A DNA stretch of 58,013 nt, taken from IMG/VR virus record IMGVR_UViG_3300025671_000073, positions 1 to 58,013 of that record; one strand, written 5' to 3'. The notes under the pieces are model-generated. The model did not search any database. It had not been told where the DNA came from and worked only from the letters and a program-made list of their open reading frames with translations. Both the position numbers and the translations under genes were made by a program. Source of the DNA: a virus (Duplodnaviria > Caudoviricetes). Each line of letters opens with the position of its first letter. Position 1 is the stretch's first letter. Positions 30,938 through 39,028 of this stretch are shown in pieces.

Positions 30938-31552
30938 TCAGTATTTTTTGACCTTTTCCACGATCGTATCCACGCCGTTCCCGATCGTATAGCACAGCAT
31001 GCAATCCTTGCATTTCTGGCCCGTGCAGTTCTGACGCTCCGGTGCCATATCCTCCGGCACGTTGTTAAAGGACCGATGGAACCCGCGCGGCGGCGCGCTA
31101 AGGATATGCCCAATCTTTGGGTTGGAATAGATCAGGATCAGGTTGGCGGGCTTGCTGCGGCTGGCCAGCACGCGGCGGACGATGTCAACCCGCTTTGTCC
31201 AAAGGGCCACGGCGCAATGCGGATTGCGCTCTGCCAAACGGCATATATTCTCAAAATGTGTGCTGTTGATCAGTTCCCCGTGGGCATTGATCCGCAGAAA
31301 TGCGTCTGCCACAAAGGGTAATTGCGCCGGGTCAAGCGCTGCGGCCGCCAAGTAATCGCTGTTGCGCTGCAGGGCCGGGGCCATATTTTTGCGGTATGTG
31401 CGCAGCATGGCATGCGAATAGCATTTAGTGCAGATATTATCCGCGCCCCCTTCGGCGTTTTGCTTCACGCAATATTCGTTTGTTACGGTATTCGTGGACA
31501 CGGCGCGCAACCCGTCAAGCTTGCCGGTCATCTTGGAAAAGTGGATCCCCAT
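30938..31552 (-). CDS. Gp88-like Cys-rich (radical-SAM-related) protein
   Basis: C...ICTKCY, RINAHGE, LWTKR, C-terminal CTGQKCKDCMLC; AGGAGG RBS. Confidence 0.65.
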   Translation of the reverse strand: MGIHFSKMTGKLDGLRAVSTNTVTNEYCVKQNAEGGADNICTKCYSHAMLRTYRKNMAPALQRNSDYLAAAALDPAQLPFVADAFLRINAHGELINSTHFENICRLAERNPHCAVALWTKRVDIVRRVLASRSKPANLILIYSNPKIGHILSAPPRGFHRSFNNVPEDMAPERQNCTGQKCKDCMLCYTIGNGVDTIVEKVKKY

Positions 31553-31677
31553 GGATCAAGCCTCCTATTTGAAAAGGGCAGAATCGCCCACCGAAACCTT
31601 AGCAGAATCACAACCAACACACAAGCGAAAAGGTCGGCGGCGCCCCCAAATAGCGCAAGCCGGCCGGGACGATCGCT

Positions 31678-31721
31678 GCGGCCCTGCGGCCCTGCGGCCC
31701 TTCGCGCGAGCCCTGCGGCCC
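31678..31721 (+). repeat. TGCGGCCC repeat cluster 2
   Basis: Three tandem copies plus one separate copy. Confidence 0.85.
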
Positions 31722-31899
31722 TTCGGGCGCTTCCTCCCCGGGTAGAGCCTCGACCCGAAGGGTCGAGTCCGGGTAAACTCGACCCAAGGCCGTAGGCCGT
31801 GGGTCATATAATGAGTGAGCCCCGGAACGGGGCGAACACAATGTAAACCGACGGAGTCTCGAGCTTGGGGCGAGCCGGTGCCCGCCCCGAGATAGTGTG

Positions 31900-33927
31900 T
31901 TACCAATCCCCCCACCCGGCCGACCGGCTGGCCCAGTTGTCCGCGGCGATCGCCTCTTCCTCGGCGCGGATCTGCTCGCCGTATTTGGCTTCGCAGTCGT
32001 CGCACACCGCGCGTCCGCCGTATGGGTCAGTGCGTCCGCAGGGAACGAAGATCTCGCGGTAGCTGTATCCGCGGGCGACGTGGTAGCTCACTTTGTTTGT
32101 GCAGGTCATTGCTTGTCTCCTTTTGGGTGGGACGCCCGAAGGCGCCCCGCTGTGGTTATTTGACCCGGGCGCATTCGAACTCGCCGGGGTATTCTTTGCG
32201 TAGTTTGGCGAGGGCCCTTTCGGCCCCTCCCCATGTTTTCCAGCCGGGGTTGCTACTGTCGTAGAACCACTGCCAGACCTGACGTCGTTTGTGCCAGCGC
32301 TCAAGGTCCACGGCGCCCGCTCCGGGTTTTACTATGTGGTAGATCATTAGTAACGCTCGTCGAAGTATCCGGGCGGCACGTCGCCGTCCATCTCCATCTG
32401 GATTTCGCGCTCGATGCGCTCCTGTCGCCGCCGTGTGTCCTCCGGCGACTCGAGCTGCACGCATTGGGACTCTGGGAACATCTCCCGGATCTCGTCCCAT
32501 GCCTCGTCGCGGCTGGCTGCGGTGAAGGTGTGACCGAACTCGCATCCGGTCTCGTCGATCAATACTGCGTGATACTGTGTCATTGGAAGTCTCCTTTGAT
32601 GTAAGCGTGCGCGCTTTTGTGTGTGTTGAAGCATTGTGACAGGTCGTGCCGCTTCGTGTTGGGCAGCTCGATCACGGTGACGCCGTAAAGCTGCCCGTCG
32701 CCGAGTATGTTATCCCCTCGCGACAGCTCCCACACCATTTTGCCGCGCTTGCCGTAGTCCATGACGGTGGGGGTCATGAAGTTCACCTTGCCGTTGTACA
32801 CCCTGCGGAACACAGCCCTGATTTCGTCATGTTGCATGTCGTCTCTCTCCTCTGTGAGTAAGTGCCCGGCGACGGTGGCCGCCGGGCGGTGGTGGTTAGG
32901 CGTCTGCGAGATACTCGGCAGGCGTAGGCAGATACGGCTTGGTGATGCCGTAAGCTTCGAGCCACTCGGGCGTGGCTGCGACCAGCGTGCCCCACCGCTC
33001 GATCTCTGACCTGTAGGTGTCGCCACCCTCGAAGCTGCCGTAGGTTGCGTCGGACTTGGCCGCCACGAGCCATCGCGCGTAGGGGTCCTTGTCCTCCGAA
33101 CTTGGCGTCTTGTAGGTCTTGACGACGTGCCACGTCAGGTCGCCGCAGACGTAGATGGCGTAGGGCGACATGGTCGGGCGTGATTTAGCGAATGGGTTAG
33201 GCATCTTCGGTCTCCTTTGTGAGTTCTGCTGCGAGGTTCCACGCCATGCCGGCCGCGGTCCAGAGGTGCGGCCTGTCCTCCGGTGCGTGCCGCATGATCC
33301 ACTCCTCGATCACCTTCCAGCTGTCGGGCGTGTTGAACAGGCCCATCGGTTCGATTTGCATTGTAGTGCTCCTTGTGTGTTGTGGGGCGACGTTGCCGCC
33401 GCCCCGGGTTGATTACCAGATAACTTCGGCGTCTTTTGCCCGGATGATTGAGCAGATTTCGTATGTCGAACCCGGCTCCACCTCTTCGAGATTGAAAGCT
33501 ATATCCATCAGCTGGTCCAGCGTTAGGTCTAGTTCACCATCGACAGCGGTTAACATCGCCGGTCCGTCGACAATCCACGTGATGTAGTAGGTCATTTGTT
33601 CTTCCTTGTGTGTTGTGGGGCGACGTTGCCGCCGCCCCGGTTGGGTTAAGCTTCGATCTTGTCGGCTTGCTCCTGAGCATCGTTCAGGCCGTCGGTCAGG
33701 TGCTGGATCGTCGACTTGGTAAGCCAGTCGCCCTCGCACCGCATCGCATCGCCCGCCTTGCCGATCGCTTCGACCAGCTGGGTGTGCAGGTCTGCCGCAT
33801 ACCAGCGGTCCGCGCCCTTGCGAGCCACCTCACCCTGCAGAATGGTGCAGAGTGTGCGCATCTCGTAGACGGTCATCTCGATCCGAACCGGAACGTCGCC
33901 TGCGGTGGTGTATCCATATTTAGCCAT
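31900..33927 (-). other. early-type small-gene cluster (31900-32109, 32156-32347, 32347-32583, 32580-32837, 32896-33204, 33197-33361, 33413-33595, 33646-33927)
   Basis: Short ORFs, most with strong GGAG RBSs, several preceded by GC-rich hairpins. Confidence 0.75.
33374..33642 (-). repeat. duplicated hairpin-RBS leader
   Basis: GTGTGTTGTGGGGCGACGTTGCCGCCGCCCCGG occurs at ~33375 and ~33608. Confidence 0.9.
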
Positions 33928-33994
33928 CGTGTGTTCTCCTATGTGCGATGGTTGGTAGTGAGCCGCCCGACGGAAGTGCCGGGCGGCAGGGTGA

Positions 33995-34279
33995 TCAGAA
34001 TTCGATTTCGTCCGCGTAGGCGCGAGACCGAACGCTGGCCATGTTGCGGATCGACGACCAGTCGCCGTGATCGATCGCGTGCGTCAGGATCGTGCCGTGC
34101 TCGGCCTCCCACGCTCGGACAAAGAGCATCGCGTCGCAGTCCTCCTCAAGGTAGAGCATGTCGCCCTCGCGGTAGCTGTAAGCGCTGAAGTCGCCCTCTG
34201 TCAGGCCGACCGATGCAGCCTGTGCCTCGGACACCGCTAACCAGCCGTGACCTGCGTCGAAGTAGAATGTGAATCGCAT
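33995..34279 (-). CDS. GHGW/YLEEDCD-motif small protein, first gene of the early cluster
   Basis: GAGGAG RBS; DAGHGWLAV...SAYSY...LYLEEDCDA. Confidence 0.75.
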   Translation of the reverse strand: MRFTFYFDAGHGWLAVSEAQAASVGLTEGDFSAYSYREGDMLYLEEDCDAMLFVRAWEAEHGTILTHAIDHGDWSSIRNMASVRSRAYADEIEF

Positions 34280-34293
34280 GGATAAGTCTCCTC

Positions 34294-35126
34294 TGTTTGC
34301 GAACACCACACAACATGAGTCGTGGTGTATCCCGAACCCGCACTGAATTTTTTACAATGTCAAAGTGACCTGTGCCGCCGAAGGCACACAGGTCACTCAG
34401 CTCGGGTTTTTCGTCCGCCGTGACCTAGCCACAAGCACCTTTATCGTGAGGTGTCGGTGCTCCGCTGACACGCGAGACCACGGACGGAAAAACCCGGCAC
34501 TTTGACATTGTAAAAAATTCGGGGCCATCTGGAAGATACACTACCGCACTCATGTTGTTGTTGTGTGAAGAAACACGGTCGACGAGGGCAGGGCAGCGAC
34601 AAAGGCGAACTCAACTCCGTGGTTCAAGTCCCAAGCAGATCCCGCCCCAAGCGGGATTGCAGGGACGCAGGACCACGTAGTTGTGAGAGCCGGAGCATTG
34701 GTTGATGAAGCACAGCCATGGGGTGTCGGTTGACGGCGCGGGTGCATGTCCCTGTCGCTGACGACCCTTGTGCAACGATTAGGCGACGACGCAACCGACA
34801 CTTCATGGTTGTGTGAAGTCATCCAATGTGGACGCTGCCCTGTCCGAGGAGATCGTTTCGCCAAGACGTGCACCGGTCTTTTTACTCGCAACGCTGGCCA
34901 ACGTAGCCGGAGGATCCAAGGACAGGCAATGTCCTTGGTCGACTGCCGTTCGACGACGGCTCGATGACCGAGGGCTCGATGCCCTCGGTCATCGAATCAG
35001 GATGGTTGCGCGCGACTAGCGCGCTCCGCTGATACAACCTCTCGGGGGTTACTCCAGCTGTTCAGTGTCCGCGGCAGCGGGTCGGAAAGGGGGTCGACCC
35101 CCCTTTTCGGCCCCCCTCCGGTGGAG
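34294..35126 (+). ncRNA. large multi-domain structured element (ncRNA or folded ssDNA)
   Basis: Nested inverted repeats, including a perfect 23-bp pair (34345-34367/34498-34520), many further stems and G-T wobbles on the + strand; no credible ORF. Confidence 0.7.
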
Positions 35127-35232
35127 CTGAGCGCCTTTATTGCTGGTTTCGTAAATTCAATGCCCAGCAATTTCATTCCGTGCTTGGCATACCCCCTGTT
35201 CTCCAGAAAACGCCCCTGTCAGAAAACCGCTC

Positions 35233-35252
35233 AAAAATATGCGCATATTTTT
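35233..35252. promoter_or_regulatory. perfect 20-bp palindrome (operator-like)
   Basis: AAAAATATGCGCATATTTTT, 13 bp upstream of a -35 box. Confidence 0.6.
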
Positions 35253-35265
35253 TCATTCCGACTTG

Positions 35266-35294
35266 TTGACAACCCACAATCATTCCGCTACATT
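35266..35294 (+). promoter_or_regulatory. strong sigma70 promoter
   Basis: TTGACA-17-TACATT. Confidence 0.85.
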
Positions 35295-35300
35295 CAACCC

Positions 35301-35473
35301 CAGAACCAAGGTCCAAGACCCGAGCGCCGAGGCCCCAGAGGCCCACTGAGCGCCCATCCCGTCTCCGAGGCTCCCGAAGCCCGGACCTTGGTTCTCCCAT
35401 GCTCAACCGGAGACTCTCCTCCCTTGTTTCCGGTATGCCTCACCTGCCCCGGCCTTTGCGCCGGGGCTTTTTT
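35301..35473 (+). ncRNA. putative small RNA with anti-SD loop
   Basis: Lies between promoter and terminator; 13-bp stem (35302-35314/35383-35395); hairpin 35406-35434 with CUCUCCUCCC loop. Confidence 0.7.
35446..35473 (+). terminator. intrinsic terminator
   Basis: GCCCCGGC/GCCGGGGC stem followed by T6. Confidence 0.85.
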
Positions 35474-35514
35474 CTGGTAGGGTTTGCGGGACTTGACCCT
35501 CGGACCTTGGACCT

Positions 35515-36768
35515 ATGGCTGATCGAAACCCCCAAATCCCCGACCTCGGCGAAATGTTGGGCCTCCCTTCCGAGGAGCTGCAACGCCCTGTTCAACGGGG
35601 GGACCTGCTGGATTACTACCTTGGCCCGACGGGTATCCCCGACAGGTTGCGGGCGGCGAACGAGGTGTTGAACCCGATTGTTGCCCTCTCGGATGCAGGT
35701 CAGGACCTTCGCCGTGGGGATTATGTTGGCGCGCTGACCAACACGGCTGCGGCCGCAGTTCCAATTGTTGGCGGCCGCATGGCCATCAAGGCCGCTCGTG
35801 GTTTGCCGACACTTGCTCCCCGACAGTATGACGAGGCAGCCTCTGCGGTGACGGAGACCCTGACGGGCGTGACATCTCCCAAATCAACTTCTGCGACGGA
35901 CATGACGCGCCGCCAGTTTTTGACGGGTGTAGCCGCCGCTGGCGGCACTGCGGCCATGGGCCCAGACATTGTGGAGTTGGCCCGAAAGGCCGCCCCGGAC
36001 ATTGCGCGGCAGGCAGGTCCGTGGGAGGCGTTGGTCGCCCGAGGCAAAAACATTTCGGACAACCCCATACCGGGCCCGTTTTCAGACGCCGCTAACAAAA
36101 TTCCTTACGAGGAGTTAATGCGGATGGAGGAACTTAGACGCATCGAACTTGACGATCTGCAGGACGATGTCTATGAGACGGCGCTTTCCGACCCCGAGGG
36201 TTTCGCAGACACTATTTTGCGGAAAACCGACCCCGAAGACACGCTGGAAAAAATCGGAATCAACCGGCGGATGCAAGATGTTTTTCGAAGATCGGGCCTA
36301 GATTACTATAATCTTTCGCAAGGCGCTTTAAGAGAATACCCGGAGGAGGTCGCAAAGAGGGCCAATGTTTCAGTGGAGGACGTGAGCCGATATCTTGAAG
36401 AGATGGACGAGGACTATCAAGACTACCTTGCGATGAAGGGGTACGACAGGCTCGTAGATTACAACCCGGGACTTGCCGAAAAACTGGATAGAACCGCTAT
36501 CGGGATTGCTCGGGACAAGCTTCTTGACGGCGATATTGACGAGGTGAACAAGCTTATCGGTAATGCCCCTACGCAATTTATAGGCGTGAGCAATGACGAT
36601 TTTCAGCTTTGGAAGGCGCTCGAACAAAAGCGCCGTCAACTGGCGGATGACCAAATTGAAATGGCTCTTGACGTTGGCGCAATCGACGACGAGATGGCGG
36701 AGAATCTCAGAAAAGAACTGAGTGGACTCAGTGCGTCGGATATTTTTTATGAGACAGGCGCTTTTTAA
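35515..36768 (+). CDS. hypothetical (probable virion) protein
   Basis: 417-aa ORF with an internal MTRRQFLTG motif. Confidence 0.7.
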   Translation: MADRNPQIPDLGEMLGLPSEELQRPVQRGDLLDYYLGPTGIPDRLRAANEVLNPIVALSDAGQDLRRGDYVGALTNTAAAAVPIVGGRMAIKAARGLPTLAPRQYDEAASAVTETLTGVTSPKSTSATDMTRRQFLTGVAAAGGTAAMGPDIVELARKAAPDIARQAGPWEALVARGKNISDNPIPGPFSDAANKIPYEELMRMEELRRIELDDLQDDVYETALSDPEGFADTILRKTDPEDTLEKIGINRRMQDVFRRSGLDYYNLSQGALREYPEEVAKRANVSVEDVSRYLEEMDEDYQDYLAMKGYDRLVDYNPGLAEKLDRTAIGIARDKLLDGDIDEVNKLIGNAPTQFIGVSNDDFQLWKALEQKRRQLADDQIEMALDVGAIDDEMAENLRKELSGLSASDIFYETGAF

Positions 36769-36779
36769 AGGCCCACTTG

Positions 36780-36808
36780 TTGCAAACCCACAACCCGTAA
36801 CCTATAGT
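36780..36808 (+). promoter_or_regulatory. sigma70 promoter
   Basis: TTGCAA-17-TATAGT. Confidence 0.75.
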
Positions 36809-36835
36809 CTCTCCAGTCAACCACTGGAGAAACCC

Positions 36836-37114
36836 ATGAACATGTTCAAGAACGACCCTGAGTTTGCCAAGATGGAAGAGCAGGCCAACGAGCAGCTGGA
36901 AAAGCTGCTGAGAGCCACGGTCCAAGATTATGAGGCCTATATGGCAGATCGGGACGCCGCGGCCGCCGATATGTCGGCATTGGTCAAGCAGGCCAAGGAA
37001 AACGGCCTGAACATCAAGGCCTTCAAGCGGTTGATCGCGGAGCGGAAGCGAGATCGCGAAGAGGTGATCGAAGAGCAGCGGATGCTGGAACAGTATCGTA
37101 GTCTTTTGTTTTGA
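36836..37114 (+). CDS. gapR: GapR/DUF2312-like DNA-binding protein
   Basis: AKENGLNIKAFKRLIAERKRD...EEQRMLEQY pattern. Confidence 0.75.
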   Translation: MNMFKNDPEFAKMEEQANEQLEKLLRATVQDYEAYMADRDAAAADMSALVKQAKENGLNIKAFKRLIAERKRDREEVIEEQRMLEQYRSLLF

Positions 37115-37165
37115 TTCATGTTATAGGTCCCCGGACCACGATCCGCGGTACGGGGACCTTGGACC

Positions 37166-37552
37166 TTGGAGCTATCAAGACAGGCTATAGGCCGAGCCGG
37201 TGAGTTTCAGGCTGCCACGATATTCGAACGACACGGGATAGTAACCACGCACGTGGATGTCTACGGCGTGGATCTGTGGTGTGAAACCCCCTCTGGCAGG
37301 CGGGTGACGGTGCAGGTCAAGGCCACGCAAGGGCCGCAGGCCGTTGACGGGCATCACGCCACTCCTCGATACCACTTCAACCTGCGGGCGGGCGATCATC
37401 CCGCCGACGTCTACTGCTTTGTCGCCTTGGACAAGGCGCTGCTTCGGCTGTTCAGTGCGGGGGAGCTGCCGAAATCCACGTCCAAGAAAATCGGGCAGTC
37501 CGGGTTCAGTCAGGCAAATATGGAAATGGACATTAAGCGTTACCTTTACTGA
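37166..37552 (+). CDS. PD-(D/E)xK endonuclease
   Basis: GRAGE, GVDL, VQVK, DVYCFVALD. Confidence 0.7.
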   Translation: MELSRQAIGRAGEFQAATIFERHGIVTTHVDVYGVDLWCETPSGRRVTVQVKATQGPQAVDGHHATPRYHFNLRAGDHPADVYCFVALDKALLRLFSAGELPKSTSKKIGQSGFSQANMEMDIKRYLY

Positions 37553-37601
37553 CAGTGGGGTCTGGGGTAGAATCCGCGGGAACCCAAGGAAAGGATTTGC
37601 C

Positions 37602-38180
37602 ATGTGTGGCGGCGGTGGCGGTGGCGGCGGTGGTGCCGTAGATACATACAAGGGTCCTCCGGGCCCGGGCGCCGGCATTGCCGGAGTTCCCATCGGATTC
37701 GGGGATTACAAGGACGCCGCCCGAGCGCTGCTGTCTACGGGACAGACTTATGGTCAGATGGCCGCAAGCGCAGCGCAGGCACTTCAACAAGCTCCGACAT
37801 TTACAGCTCCCCCTGCCCCGCAGTCTGCATTTGCAAGTGGACTGGGACAGTATATTGCCGCTGGCGGCGCCACGCCTTACGGCGGACAAAGTCCGGCGAT
37901 GTCGGCTATTGGCCAGATGGAGGCGGCCTACGATCCGCGGACCGCGGCCACGGAGATGCTGCAGGCGTATGAGCCGGGGTACGAGGCCCGACCATTGAGC
38001 TATTACACTCCGAACGCCATGGAGCAACTTGTTGCCAACCCTCCAAGCCCCACGACTTCAGCATTCTCCGAAATGCTCATCACGGATCCCAGCAACCCGG
38101 AATACTACAGCCCGGAAAACCAAGCTCGGCTGTATCAGAGGCGGAACCGCGGCGGGGACGGTGGCGGAGGTCGCGGGTAG
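37602..38180 (+). CDS. probable small virion protein
   Basis: AAGGA RBS; N-terminal MCGGGGGGGGG. Confidence 0.65.
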   Translation: MCGGGGGGGGGAVDTYKGPPGPGAGIAGVPIGFGDYKDAARALLSTGQTYGQMAASAAQALQQAPTFTAPPAPQSAFASGLGQYIAAGGATPYGGQSPAMSAIGQMEAAYDPRTAATEMLQAYEPGYEARPLSYYTPNAMEQLVANPPSPTTSAFSEMLITDPSNPEYYSPENQARLYQRRNRGGDGGGGRG

Positions 38181-38182
38181 TT

Positions 38183-39028
38183 ATGGCCCTTGAGGAACTC
38201 GAAAAGTTCAGCGATCGCGAGCTTCTGGCCCGCACGCTTCAGGCCGAGGCTGGGAACCAAAGTCTGGCTGGCAAGCTCGCTGTCGGCGCGGTCATTCGAA
38301 ACCGGGCTGCCGAAGGGGGATACGGCAGCGGCATTCGCGGCGTCATCACTAAGCCCGGGCATTTTTCACCCCTCAACTATTATACCGGTTACGCAGGCGG
38401 GGAGCAGGGCGTAGATCTGGGCAAGATCAAACCGGACAAGTCAACCTATGCCGTAGCGGATGCAATCCTCTCCGGCCAATATGAGGATCCGACGGGCGGG
38501 GCTACGCATTTTTATAACCCAAACATTTCTACGCCCAGCTGGGGACAAAAGGGTGGCGGCGAATGGATGGCGCTGGGCAGTCATCTGTTTGGCCGCGCGA
38601 ACGCGGGCCGCGAGAGCTATCGCGCACCGACCTCGAATCAGACCTACGAAGCCCGCCGCGTCCAATACGGCCTCGGGAGCCGTGGTCCGGGGAATACGGC
38701 TCAAATTCTGGATGCTGTCGCTCGTGGCGACATGACGAAGTCGGAAGCCGGCAAGTACATCAGCGAAGAACTGCTCGAAGGCGTCGAAGGCGGCTCTGCT
38801 TACGATTTTCTGCAGGATGAGAAAAAGGAAAAAGAGCGGGGCATGGCCATGCTTGGACTGGGCCTTGAAATGCTGGCCCCAGAGGAACAGGCTCCCGCTC
38901 CTGAGCTCATGTCCTTGCCGCTGAGGTTGTCTCGCCGTCGTGCACCTGCTACACCCGGCACACAAGCTATTGGCCGTTTTGGACTGGAGAGCCTGCTTCG
39001 TGGAAATCCGTTGCTTGGAATACGCTGA
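38183..39028 (+). CDS. SleB/Hydrolase_2 cell-wall hydrolase (virion-associated)
   Basis: LARTLQAEA, AVGAVIRNR, DPTGGATHFYNP. Confidence 0.88.
   Translation: MALEELEKFSDRELLARTLQAEAGNQSLAGKLAVGAVIRNRAAEGGYGSGIRGVITKPGHFSPLNYYTGYAGGEQGVDLGKIKPDKSTYAVADAILSGQYEDPTGGATHFYNPNISTPSWGQKGGGEWMALGSHLFGRANAGRESYRAPTSNQTYEARRVQYGLGSRGPGNTAQILDAVARGDMTKSEAGKYISEELLEGVEGGSAYDFLQDEKKEKERGMAMLGLGLEMLAPEEQAPAPELMSLPLRLSRRRAPATPGTQAIGRFGLESLLRGNPLLGIR

Noticed and set aside
34294-35126. Retron, group I/II intron, IS/MITE or tRNA cluster
   Set aside because: No RT, maturase or transposase; no interrupted gene; no cloverleaf or T-loop motifs recognised. The short ORFs here lack RBSs.
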